From Octopus sinensis (Eukaryota): DNA of 64,000 nucleotides. Each line of letters begins with the position of its first letter. Within the stretch, counting starts at the first letter, position 1. Where the stretch lies: assembly GCF_006345805.1 (NCBI RefSeq), contig NC_042997.1:103850001-103914000 (forward strand), given 5' to 3'. Below, one piece after another: positions 25,595 to 37,149 of the stretch. Position numbers and translations under genes: made by a program. Below the pieces are notes generated by a model that worked only from the letters and a program-made list of their open reading frames with translations, was not told the origin of the DNA and made no database searches.

Positions 25595-27499
25595 GTGTAC
25601 GTGTGTGTGTGTTTAAGTGTATTACTAAAGAAATCTATGATATCATTGTCATATTTATATATGTGTGTATACACACACACACACACACCACACTCTCTCT
25701 CTCTCTGTCTCTCTGTCTCTCTTAGACACACACACACACCACACACATGCACAAATGTACATACACATCGAGATATTTGCTTTGTTCCTGTTTTACATAT
25801 ATGTGAGAAAAAAACCTCATAGTACACTATGAAGTATATGAGCTGTATAATAAGAATGTTCGGGGGGATTAGAACCTTTCAAAGGAATTGTGGTCTAAAA
25901 CCCTAATTTAACGTCTCGTTATGTGGCCTGGTTACTTTTCATACAGTTTCGGTGTAGTCAGAAGCATTCACTTTCTCTATACTAAAACATACTTAAGCAG
26001 TGAACGAAACTAGTTCTCAATCATTAATTAAATACGACCGACCACTGGATAATTTCAGCAGGTACGGGAGTTAATTTCGGACACGTTTCGGTAGTGTTGC
26101 ATCTTTTCAGCGAAGGATGAATGTCGCCGTATAAATCGAAGCAGTGACGGGAAAACTACATGAATATTTTTGAAAAAAGAATCAACATATTGGAAAAAGA
26201 AAGTAAAGCAATCACTCAGGGAACAAGACGCAAAGAAAAGTCAATAGTTAAGTTAGTGTTAACTTGCTTAAAATAATGATCATCAGACAAATTAAATATT
26301 AGTTCACTCTCTGCTATTATGTTAATCGTTTTACTATTTGAAGAGATAACTTCTGGTCTTATTTGAACCTATTAGATTTCTGACTTTTTATTTAAACAAT
26401 GTGATATATTTTGCTTTACTATTCTCTTTTATCATAACTACGCCTGCGCAATATTGAATTTCTATTGAATGAGTCTCTCATCACTACTTCATTAAAGGCG
26501 TTGAAATCAGAGTTGACATATTTAATCACATACATATGCACACACACATACACACACACACACACTCACTCCCTCACACACACACACATAAACACACACA
26601 CACACACACACACCACACACACACACACACACCACACACACACACACACGTTATGTACATGTATACATATACATACGTGCATACATACTGAATTGTCTAG
26701 CATAGCAAGAACCAAAGAGCCGTGTAGGGAAAATCAGATTCGAGCTGGAATAAACTCCGCACGTTTTGATTACATTAAACCTAATCTGCATATTCAAGCG
26801 TACGTGTATGTGTGTATATATGTATGTATGCATGAATGTATGTAGAAAAACAAATATACACGCTCAACTTGACTTCCACCATATATCCCAAAGAAGTACT
26901 TGTGAATGTGTGTTTTTGTGTGCGTGTATACATACGTATGCACATACACATACATATAAGAGAGAAATGGTGGCAACATAGGAATAGAGTTTGTTCACAA
27001 TAAGCGTTTATATTTTTGGTAGCCAAACGATGAAAGATTGTTGAGCAGGTAGGAATATTGATACCAATAGCTAGCATCCCTCCTCGTCACTTGTGACGAA
27101 TGTTAAAATACCTCGTAATCCACGAAGATGATGCATACGTCGATGCTTCGAGTCAAGCTACAATTATAAAAGAATACTTCAGCAGACTTCGGATGGTATG
27201 TATGGAAGTCAGAACTGTTTACTTTCAACAGAACCATATCCCTCAATATTTCCACAGAGCTAGTACAAGTGCCAGTGTTTAGACTAGGAAATGCACAACT
27301 TGGATGATACTAACAACGACTTGTAAGTATCACATCAACTGTAACACTGAGAGGTCCTATGTTAAACGAAGCGATAGATGTAGAGGCATAAGATGAGTTC
27401 GAACAGTCTTTGAGTGCTGCATCGTGTGAATCAGACAAAATAAACAGAATAGTAAAAAGAGGAATGAGGACATCCAGTATACACGACAATAAAAACATG

Positions 27500-27593
<94 letters not shown>

Positions 27594-27599
27594 ATATAT

Positions 27600-27630
<31 letters not shown>

Positions 27631-27631
27631 G

Positions 27632-27945
27632 AAATTCAGGGTGAGTACTTGATAATTGTAAGCACCTGTATATACCGTTTGGTGGTGTAGGTGGTGGAGT
27701 AAATTAATCAAAATAAAAACATGATGCCAATGATTCAGCGGTACATATGTTTCGGGCCTTTATTAGACGGATTTATAACAATGCATAATGTGTGTCTATG
27801 GCCTTCTTCAGCCGCGCACAACTACTACCTCAAGGACATGTATTACATCAAAAATTCTACGTTGGGGATGCAAATCCTCTCATTCGCGTACGACATAATG
27901 CGGCAACAGCATAAAAATGAAGCGTCCATCTCGTCCTTCTCTCAA
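27632..27945 (-). mobile_element. Probable solo PLE terminal repeat flanked by (TA)n on both sides
   Basis: Non-microsatellite block between TA arrays containing an intact hammerhead; boundaries inferred from the flanking TA tracts. Confidence 0.6.
27738..27815 (-). ncRNA. Hammerhead ribozyme motif, family E, intact canonical core
   Basis: gcgg-CTGAAGA-A-GGCC-A-TAGAC(25 nt)GTCTA-ataaa-GGCC-C-GAAA-CATATG-TA-ccgc; perfect 4-bp GC stem I. Confidence 0.8.
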
Positions 27946-27964
27946 TATATATATATATATTATA

Positions 27965-28105
27965 GGCGGCGAGCTGGCAGAAACGTTAGCGCGCCGGGCA
28001 AAATGCTTAGCGGTATTTCGTCTGTCGTTACATTCTGAGTTCAAATTCCGCCGAGGTCGACTTTGCCTTTCATCCTTTCAGGGTCGATGTAATCGACTTA
28101 ATCCC
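27965..28105 (+). mobile_element. SINE family B with head, internally deleted
   Basis: ggcggcgagctggcagaaacgttagcgcgccgggcaaaatgcttagcggtatttcg...ctgagttcaaattccgccgaggtcgactttgcctttcatcc. Confidence 0.92.
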
Positions 28106-28425
28106 TTTGTCTAAACACAAGGACAGAATTTTCGGGTCATGCCCACATGTGACTAAATTTCTGTTACGTTTTTGGTCCCCTAAAGAAAACAGATAGAACA
28201 TGCTTTCTATGTTATGTCCCAAGAAGGTTTTTTTAACTCATCACACCTTCTATCATACATTTTATATATTTTTATATATTTTTTATATATTTTTTATGTA
28301 TTTTTATATATATAATTTTTATGGCGAAAAATGCGAGCGATGTATAAGTACGCAGGCAAGCAGAGTTATAACACAGTAATTTCCCTTTGTATAAGGGTAT
28401 TTTTTCATAGCGGTTTCAAATAGCC

Positions 28426-28485
28426 AGATAACCGAAGAGATGTCGTGGATTCCCACTTCGGCATCTGAAACTCAGAGTTTTATCT
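28426..28485 (+). ncRNA. Hammerhead variant, family F (CCGAAGA core), copy 1
   Basis: agataa-CCGAAGA-GATGTCG tgg attc cca ctt CGGCATC-T-GAAA-CTCAGAG-TT-ttatct; 6-bp stem I, 7-bp stem II. Confidence 0.75.
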
Positions 28486-28692
28486 TGACTATCGAGTAAT
28501 GTAACATATTATTGTATAGATAAATTTCCTCTATTTACATAATATTGAGGTCTCTTTCTTTCTTTTGTTATATCACCGTTTTACCAATAAATCACCTCCC
28601 GGACGACGTTATTCTCAACTAAGAGCTAATACGGCCTTTTTAGATTATCGCCTAACATCGGTTGAGGACTCCCACACACAGAAGAATTTAAT

Positions 28693-29390
28693 ATGGATGC
28701 ATATCACATAGATTATTCTATGAAAAATATACCAATCCCATCAAAGGAATTTTACTCTAAGAAACTTCTACAGAAAATTACTGATCTAATTAAGCGCATG
28801 AGATGGAAGGTTTCTTTTTTGATACAGAAGCGGACACCACGGAAAACACTTTCTATCGTATAAAATCCCAAAACTTCCCTCCCAGGATTAAAGGCTTGGA
28901 AGATTTCGAAGCGGACCTGCTGAAAATTATGAGCAAAATCAAATTTCGTACGTCTTTTAACGATTTCCAACATAAATTGAAAAAAGATATTAAACGTATA
29001 AAAAGCTCCAAGAAAAAAGCACTTTTTTCGGACAAAACTAAAAACTTATACCGGGTAGATAACAGAAAATACACACAACTCTTACACAACAGCATCATTA
29101 ATAATTACACTAAGGCTAGGGCACAGACATATAACGAAATTAATAAAGAAGCTAGCGTCATCGTCGCTAAACTTAAATTCGATAAAAAAATAGAAGCCCT
29201 CCCCCAAAAAGAGGCCTTTATTACTATTAAAGATCACAAAGAAAACTTCCTTTCCAACCGTAAATGTAGGCTTATCAACCCAGCCAAGTCAGAACTTGGG
29301 ATTATTAGTAAAGAAATTTTAGATAAAATAAATGCGAAAATTAAGACCGATACTAGGCTAGTACAATGGTCCAATAGAAGTTTCTTAGAG
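28693..29390 (+). pseudogene. PLE polyprotein N-terminus and start of RT (one frameshift at ~28810, 3'-truncated)
   Basis: MDAYHIDYSMKNIPIPSKEFY...LIKRMRWK (frameshift) FFDTE...FITIKDHKENF...CRLINPAKSELGIISKEILDKIN...QWSN; KDHK/RLINP motifs typical of PLE RTs, ending before the catalytic DD. Confidence 0.85.
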
Positions 29391-29661
29391 TAAAATTTCT
29401 GTTACGTTTTTGGTCCCCTAAAGAAAACAGATAGAACATGCTTTCTATGTTATGTCACAAGAAGGTTTTTTAACTCATCACACCTTCTATCATACATTTT
29501 ATATATTTTTATATATTTTTATATATTTTTTATGTATTTTTATATATATAATTTTTATGGCGAAAAATGCGAGCGATGTATAAGTACGCAGGCAAGCAGA
29601 GTTATAACACAGTAATTTCCATTTGTATAACGGTATTTTTTCATAGCGGTTTCAAATAGCC

Positions 29662-29721
29662 AGATAACCGAAGAGATGTCGTGGATTCCCACTTCGGCAT
29701 CTGAAACTCAGAGTTTTATCT
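29662..29721 (+). ncRNA. Hammerhead variant, family F, copy 2
   Basis: Identical to 28426-28485, 1236 nt downstream. Confidence 0.75.
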
Positions 29722-29850
29722 TGACTATCGAGTAATGTAACATATTATTGTATAGATAAATTTCCTCTATTTACATAATATTGAGGTCTCTTTCTTTCTT
29801 TTGTTATCTTACCGTTTTACCAATATATATACATACACACACACACACAC

Positions 29851-29920
<70 letters not shown>

Positions 29921-30109
29921 GTATACATATATATTGCTTAATACATTCATACGTACATACACACACACACATATAATGAAATAATTATTATAATGCATTT
30001 TGTAGAACATATTGTATAAAGGATCGAGGATAAGGCCAAAACAATGCGAAGTAAATGCAAAGTAAATTACAAGAAAACAAATATGTGAATTAATGCAGAC
30101 TTACTTTGT

Positions 30110-30147
30110 ATTGAATATTTCGGGGTTATGACCCCATTTTCAAGAAT
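30110..30147 (-). ncRNA. Hammerhead-like motif, family G (UUGAAAA core)
   Basis: attc-TTGAAAA-T-GGGG tcataa CCCC-GAAA-TA-TT-caat; stem I weak. Confidence 0.45.
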
Positions 30148-30496
30148 GTGACGTTTGTTGCCGTTGTGCGTGTGTGAGCGTGTGTGGATTGGACATGCGC
30201 GGAAAGGTGTTGCTATAGCAACAAGCTAGCTTCTTATAATTCTTTTCTATTGTTGATCTTAGGTTTCTTTTGGTGTATGAGGATGACCTCGGAGATTCTA
30301 AGGTGTTGTTCCCGTACAGTGCTCTTCTCAGGGAAGAGTCGGTGTGCACTATTTGTATGTCGAGTCCTTCCCCGCGGACTGCGTGTTGTATTCCTACAAT
30401 AGTTCTGTCGTCAAAGTGTGGTAGCTTTAGAAAGCACGTGCCATACTCCCGTCCAAGCAAAACATATTTCACTACTCCGAGGAGTGCTCATTATCG

Positions 30497-30811
30497 AACT
30501 GCCCCATCAATGACTCTGAATTGTGCAAGAGGACCTATGTTGTATTTGAGATCGTATGTGGCAAATATGGCGCATCCTACATAGGAAGTATGAAAAGAAA
30601 ACTGCATATACGCATTAAGGAACACATACAGGCAGGCACTTTCATGAAGAAACATCTACGGAAATGCCAGACTCAGGAGTTCACAGTGTACATCAAGGCA
30701 ACACAGCGGAACAGGGGAAACCTTAGAATCTCCGAGGTCATCCTCATACACCAAAAGAAACCTAAAATCAACAATAGAAAAGAATTACATGAAGCTAGCT
30801 GGTTGCTATAG
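30497..30811 (+). pseudogene. PLE GIY-YIG endonuclease fragment (Naiad-like Cys linker)
   Basis: NCPINDSELCKRTYVVFEIVCGKYGASYIGSMKRKLHIRIKEH...MKKHL...NLRISEVILIHQKKPKINNRKE: GIY/YIG strands, catalytic R and E, terminal N. Confidence 0.88.
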
Positions 30812-30877
30812 CAACACCTTTCCATGCATATCCACTCCACATACGCTCACACACATGCACATCGGTAACAATCGTCA

Positions 30878-30916
30878 ATTTCTTGAAAATGGGGGCATAA
30901 CCCCGAAATATTAAAT
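30878..30916 (+). ncRNA. Hammerhead-like motif, family G (UUGAAAA core)
   Basis: TTGAAAA-T-GGGG gcataa CCCC-GAAA-TA-TT, ~70 nt after the GIY-YIG stop, in sense orientation; stem I weak. Confidence 0.45.
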
Positions 30917-31029
30917 ACAAGGTATGTCTACATTAATTCACATATTTGTTTTCTTGCGATTTACCTTGCATTTACTTGGCATTGTTTTGGCCTTACCCAC
31001 GATTCTTTATACGATATATATATATAGAG

Positions 31030-31650
31030 AGAGGAGAATTCGCGAAAAAAACCAAAAACGAAGACAGGTGGTGTAGAAAACACGCAGATGTATTAGTATA
31101 ACGCTCGGGAATTGAAAAAGTCTTTAACATTTCGAGCCTACGCTCTTCCACAGAAAGGAACACAGAAAGATACAAGGAGAGAAACAAGAGAGAAAAACGT
31201 GTGTGGTGGCTACCGATCTATCATTGCGAATGCCGGGCAGAAGGGTCACACAGGAGAGATAAGAAGTAGGGGAAATAACAAAGAAGTAGTGATCCCAAAA
31301 CGAAGGTGCGCGTGTGTGTAAGGGAGTACGTATGTGCGTATGAAAGAGGGCTGGTTATTTTGACGTGTGCGTGTGTGTATGTGTAGGTGTGAAAATGTAG
31401 GGATGGGAATTGGTCAGTGCTGGTGTGTATGTGGTGATGTATTGTGTGGTATGATGAGTTGTGTGGTATGGTGTAGTGTGGTGTGGTGTGATGGTCTTGG
31501 GAGGTGGGTGAGGCGAGAGTGGGGAATGCACGGGTGGAGTGTGGGTTAGGCTGAGGGTTGGGGTAGAGCTGGGGTATGTGGGTAGGCACACATACACATA
31601 TACATGGAACAAACACAACGCAATACATACCATTATGTCAGAGGATAGTG
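31030..31650 (-). mobile_element. Neptune-like PLE 3' region plus terminal repeat (family B subfamily)
   Basis: Minus strand shows a CA/CT-rich tract followed by the family-B repeat, the same layout as 57420-58092. Confidence 0.8.
31122..31157 (-). ncRNA. Hammerhead variant, family B (CUGUGGA)
   Basis: cttt-CTGTGGA-A-GAGC gtag GCTC-GAAA-TG-TT-aaag. Confidence 0.65.
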
Positions 31651-31947
31651 AAATTGCTTATGTCAATCATGCTAAATTCATAAATCATCATGTGTCTATC
31701 TGTCTAACTCTCTCTCCCACTCTTTCCCTTTTTTCCTCTCCTTCTCTCTCTCTCCTCTTTCCATCTGCGCTCCCCTCTATTTCATTTCCCGAGGTTCCGC
31801 TCTAACTTCTATGTCTAAATATTTTTATTGGATTTCAATCCCAGAAATCCATTCCTTTTCATCTCTATCATGTAGCCATTGATTTGCTTTTATTCAAGAA
31901 GAACCTACTGCAACTAAAGAGTTAAGGATACAATCCTTTCCTCCTGA

Positions 31948-32104
31948 AGGCGTAGCAGTGGAGTAACAAGCTTGCTTGCCAACCACATTGTTCTGGGTTC
32001 AGTCACACTGCGTGGCACCTTGGGCAAGTGTTTTCGATTATAACTTCGGGGAAACCCAAGCCTTGTGAGTGCATTTGGTAGATAGAAACTGAAAGAATCT
32101 CGTC

Positions 32105-32152
<48 letters not shown>

Positions 32153-32370
32153 TTTTGTGTGTCTTTGTGCCTGTCTTTGTACCCTATCACCGCTTGAAAA
32201 CCGGTGTTGGTGTGTTTACGTCCCCGTAACTTAGCGAATCAGCAAAAGAGACCGATAGAATAAGTAGCAGGCTTTAAAAAATAATTCCTGGCGTCGAGTT
32301 GTTCGAATATAAGATGGTGCTCCAGCTATGGCCGCAGTCACATGACTGAAACGTAAAATAAATAAAAGAA
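31948..32370 (+). mobile_element. SINE family A, full length
   Basis: Head, ccttgggcaagtg core, internal (TA)n, and 3' tail atggccgcagtcacatgactgaaac. Confidence 0.92.
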
Positions 32371-33465
32371 TACTCATTGAATTATAGAGCAAATGTTTGG
32401 TATGTTACATGTGTTAGAACCCTTAACGTAATCTCTAACTTACAGTCTGTGTTGTATGTACAATCCATGACACAATCTTTCATATAATTTCGACCTTCTA
32501 AAATTCACTTACATTGCTTCGTGCTCTCCGAGACTTTGATAAAGGACATATATTCATATACACTTTAGTGAAATCGAACCTGTGACCTCGTGATTGAGAA
32601 GGAAACTTCTTAATTACTTGTCTAAGTCTGCATCACAACCATGGGCCGCAATGCGTCATTAACACAACCAGAGTTATAGAACCGCATCCAGATGTGAGCT
32701 GAAAGGGTTGACACTTCCGGTTTGTGAAGAACATAATACTAAAGCATAAGCTCTCAATTTCCCCCTCCACGTGCATTCCTCTCTTTCTCTCACTCTCTTT
32801 CTGCCTATCTCTGTCTGTCCCCCTCTCTCCTCTTCAACACTACTCTTTCAATCCCCGATCACTTCTACAGAATATCCTAATATTTCTTACAAATTTTACC
32901 GGATGTTTTTTTAACGTAATCTACCACTTTTCTTGCATTTTACTTTATTATGACTTTATATTTTATTTTTGTTTTGCTTTGCTTATCCTCTAATCTACAG
33001 TTAAATATTTCCAGCTGAATCGGGAAAATTTGTGAAATTCGATCCCTTTTATTTAATCCTGTAAATATGATGGGAAAACCTTATAGTTATACATCGATAA
33101 AAATATTTTCAATTTGGGTTTAAATAGTGAAATATATAGTTTCTGGCATTAAAATAAGTTATAATAGGCTTTGCTTAAATATACGCAGTGACATTTTACA
33201 ACATGTTCCTAAGTATTCATTCATACTTGGTGACTCAAGAACAACTTGCTTGATATTTAAAATATAATCCAACAGTTCGTTTAGTTTAGACAAATTGACA
33301 CCTCTCACTCGTTCGCAACGGTTCTCTTTTCCTCTCTTTTGCTATTGCGAAATAACAGTTTGTTATATATGTGTATATATATATATATTTACTCTGTGAG
33401 TCTATAAAAGAAAGCCGGAAAGAAATTAACGGATTATACTTGACAACTTGTAGCGATGATGATGA

Positions 33466-33556
<91 letters not shown>
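33466..33556. repeat. Compound (GAT)n(ACT)n(GCT)n trinucleotide repeat
   Basis: Direct reading. Confidence 0.95.
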
Positions 33557-33559
<3 letters not shown>

Positions 33560-33751
33560 TTTTTTTTAAGCAACAAGACGTGTAAAGGGGATTAGATGAT
33601 GGTCCAGACCTTGGAAAAAAATAACTTTGGCCGATTTGTTGTAGTCGAGGGCTCTTTTTGGACGCCCGACACCACTGGGAGATGGTCCTCGAAGTCGCTG
33701 GAAATGGAGATCTCCAGGTCCAAATTCTTGAACGGCTGCTGCTGCTGCTAA

Positions 33752-33941
33752 TGGTATAAAATTTTGGCTCAAGGCCAGCCCGTTTGGGGGAGGGTGTAAG
33801 TCAATTATATCAACCCCAGTGTCCAACTGGTACTTAATTTATCGACCCTTGAAGGATTAAAGGCAAAGTCGACCACGGCAGAAAATGTACTCCGAACGTA
33901 AAAACGGACGAAAGACTACAAATTATTTTCTTCGGCATGCT
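33752..33941 (-). mobile_element. SINE family B, diverged
   Basis: aactggtacttaatttatcgaccc.tgaaggattaaaggcaaagtcgacc. Confidence 0.85.
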
Positions 33942-33942
33942 A

Positions 33943-33995
<53 letters not shown>

Positions 33996-34019
33996 CAACA
34001 ATAATAATAATAGTGAAAA

Positions 34020-34375
34020 TAAAGACATCGGACGGGCGACGCATATCGCGTGCGCACACAAGGATAAAATAAATTTAATAAATATATTCTCAGACGAATT
34101 CGTATTTCAACAAAATGACATCAAGGGTTATTTCCCCTGCTTATCGTTTATGCATATGTAACAAAGAAAAAAACACACTTTGATTCACCCGTCCACTAGT
34201 TTTGAAAATAATCAAACCGAAATAATGTGTTCGAGTTACTCACCCCATGAGTATTTCTGCCAAATTTGGTGAAAATCCGTTCAGCCGTTCTCTAGTAATT
34301 TTGCAAACACACAGAGAAACAGGCGAAGACGAACGACTACAATACCCTGCTTTCGCTTACGCGCGCAGGGTGATG
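34020..34375 (+). mobile_element. Possible non-autonomous Helentron-associated (HINE/DINE-like) element
   Basis: gccaaatttggtgaaaatccgttcagccgttct...acacagagaaacag...aataCCCTGC-tttcgcttacgcgc-GCAGGG-tgat: 3' hairpin and subterminal motif resembling HINE ends; from recall of the family, not a search. Confidence 0.5.
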
Positions 34376-34850
34376 GTAATAATTGTTATTATTATTTGTT
34401 TTCAAATTTTGGCACACATATCGACTCCCGGAAGTTTGTTAATTGATGCCATTTACTGTGCTTATTTCTCCGTCACACGGCTTCTGATTGCTTCCAAGTG
34501 GAGTGAGGCATGTCTTGTGGATCATAGTCTCATTGTTTTGTAATCATGATGGGATTTTCAATTCTGCTGTTGTTGGTGATACAGTTTCTCTTGGGCGATG
34601 TTTATTTTGCTGCCTTTTCTTTTCTCTGTTGTTTCAACTATTCTGTAGTTTCTGCTGTTGTTCTTCCCTACCTCAGTTACTGCTGCTTCGGCGGTTACTT
34701 ATTTTGTGTTGCAGTTGCTGAAATTGTTAGTATTATGATTGCACACTGCCGTTAAGGGGCTACTCCTGGTTATGCTGTTGTTGTTGCTGTTGCGGTGATA
34801 ATGTCGGCAGAGGTGTCAGTCTTTCATCTCCTCTACTTTGCTGTTTACAG

Positions 34851-34885
34851 AAAACCTCGAAATGATTTGTGTCTCCACAAAAATG
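34851..34885 (+). other. Candidate 35-nt micro-exon
   Basis: Acceptor catctcctctactttgctgtttacag|, donor ATG|GTAAGT; two frames open (NLEMICVSTKM or KPRNDLCLHKN). Confidence 0.45.
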
Positions 34886-35869
34886 GTAAGTTTTCTTACT
34901 GCTTTCAACTGTCACAATTAACTTTCTGCTGCCATGTATTTTGATCAGGCCCAGAGTGGATTCATATTCCCTCCGTTTGGATTACTATCTACATTCCTTG
35001 TCCTAACGAGTTTTCTATCCTCTATATAGGAGACGACTACCGCCACTAACCAGCAGATATATGCTTATAGAGGCACATAAAAAATCATTATTCATACTAC
35101 GCTTCAGCCATGTTAGATTTGTATGAGGACCAGTTTGTGACTTTTGAGAGATGTTATGAAGTACTTCCTATCCTCATAATTGTCAGGTATTTCAAATCTA
35201 TCATGTAGCATTTTCCCTCTAGGGACCTATGTTTTGGTGCTCCAGTTTGGTTTAGGTTTTTTTTTGATGCTGTATCGACTGCTCAATTACAGTTTTGATA
35301 TTGGTTTCTTGTTCGGGTGGATTGTGAAATGTTTAATTCACCATTTCGGTCAGACATTGTCAAAAGGCTTAAGACATTTAAACAAATTATTGAGACGTTA
35401 ATTTAATTACCTCCTCCTGTTGCACGATATTTGCAAACCCGATGAATTTGGGTTATTTAATTATGGTGTCTTGATTTATATTTGTGTTGGCGTTGGTAGT
35501 GGTGATGGTGGTGGGGTTTCCAGGTGTGCTGAATTGACAATTTGGTCTCCTTTCTGTTTTCCATGCTCTTTGTTGATGTTGTTATTGTTGATGTTTCGCT
35601 CGGTACTGGTAGTAGTGTTAGTGTTGTTTCCACATGTGTTGCGTTGTTTTCTGCGGTGCTTTGTTGTTGTTGACATTGTTATTGTTGCTCGTACATTCTC
35701 TCGTAACATGTAGTCGTGGGAATCAGCTTGAACTTGCTTAGCAGCGTCCTGTATTTGCAAAGCCACTTGTTTCATATGTAGCCTCTCCACTACAACACCA
35801 CCATCACCACCACTACCACCTACAACAATAATAATGTCGACGATGATGAGCAAAATGATGGTGATGGTG

Positions 35870-35901
<32 letters not shown>

Positions 35902-36049
35902 CATCATCATCATCATCATCATGATCATGATGATCATGATGATCATGATGATAGTATAAAAATAGTTTGAGGTTTCTTCCGAGGCAATAACCCATCACCC
36001 CAAATGTTTATTATTGTCTGTTTTGTTGTACGCTTACTTGACTTTATCG

Positions 36050-36640
36050 ATTCTTCTCTAATTGCTCTTTTCAGGGACATCCATCATCTGTTGTTAACGC
36101 TCGCTTCACTAAATCGCTGGCCCTCTTTACTGGCTTATAGAAAAATGTTCTGAATAATCCGATACGGTTTGTCCATGATCACATTGTCGCATGCGGGAAA
36201 TGAAATTGGTGCCTGTTAGACAAATGGACACTTCTGAACGGGTCTACGAGATTTTTTACCAAATCTCTTACCTCTTCCCACACTGTCCCTGCCTGCATAT
36301 AAGATGATTTTCCGATCATTCATTTCCACTAAAGCGCGTGTCATTCGTAGGAAGGTCACCAGGCGCTTGAAGAAATCTGGCTGTTCCGCTCCTGTCGGTG
36401 CATACACAACTACTAATCTGAAGATATGGCCTACGTTGCTGGTCAGTTTCAGGATGCCAGACTTAACTTATGGATTCATGAAGACGCTACATATTCCAAG
36501 ATCCAGCCCTTTCCGAAACTACATTGCTATACCGACTCCAATACCTGACAAATTTGAAGAAGCATACAATCTGTAGCCGCCGTCGCTGGGCTCTATGGCT
36601 CGTGGTTCGTGTTCGGAGATTCTGGTCTTTCTGAAAGCCA
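36050..36640 (-). pseudogene. L1/Tx1-like LINE apurinic endonuclease remnant
   Basis: Minus frames give VVFRKGLDL, FRLVVVYAPTGAEQPDFFKRL..FL, IL.A.RDSVG, FP....W.W.NR; decayed. Confidence 0.75.
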
Positions 36641-37149
36641 TATATATATATATATATAATATATATATATATAACTACTGATCGAAGGTCGTTGATCATT
36701 TCGCCTGATTTCATGAAGACACCAAGTCACGCGCATTTTCATTTCCTAATCTGGGTATGGTGTGGGTTAAGTCTTTTTGATTGCAGTGATGTTAGTGACA
36801 TCACATGACGTTGGCATATGAAATAGTACCCAACTCTCAGATTTTAAAAATCCTTTAAATGTTCAGAATTCCAAGTAACATCTCTGAATTGACAGGAGTA
36901 AACATGGAAATTTGCAAAACTGAACTAAAATCCAGATGACGTACGTTTGGTAAAGTTGAAATATATCAGGGTATTTCCAAGGTCATAATCATCACTACTG
37001 TTTCACATTACATTTATACTACTCTCTCTAGAATTAAGAAAAGTAAAGGAGGATATAGCTTACGAAAATCTAGAAGATAATTAATCATTTACTATCCTTA
37101 AGTGAACTAAAAGTAAAAGGCAAGACTGAAAGACAACTGTGCTATGGAA

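Larger units (their letters stand above)
28155..29825 (+). mobile_element. PLE derivative: two ~435-bp direct terminal repeats (28155-28589, 29393-29825) flanking the 5' part of the ORF
   Basis: The repeats differ at only a handful of positions; each has a hammerhead; the internal segment encodes a PLE-type N-terminus and RT start. Confidence 0.9.
30009..31016. mobile_element. Head-to-head (inverted) pair of 5'-truncated Naiad-like PLE 3' ends
   Basis: Arms 30009-30303 and 30720-31016 are inverted repeats (~88% by eye). The minus copy encodes FLKLPHFDDR..LRRALYG (thumb/linker); the plus copy encodes GIY-YIG. Confidence 0.85.

Noticed and set aside
26078-26115. Minus-strand CTGAAAA...GAAACGTG hammerhead-like string
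   Set aside because: C3/A8 mismatch, no paired stem II or stem I, and G at position 17; at best a dead relic.
27232-27322. AG...GTAAGT-bounded segment
   Set aside because: Stops in all three frames and a weak exonic side of the donor.
30812-31016. SECIS element or Sec codon in the Naiad-like PLE
   Set aside because: No in-frame TGA in the retained fragment and no AUGA/AA/GA stem-loop seen after the stop.
31500-31580. Telomere-like G-rich tract
   Set aside because: Only one ggttagg; it is part of the PLE low-complexity 3' region, not a (TTAGGG)n array.
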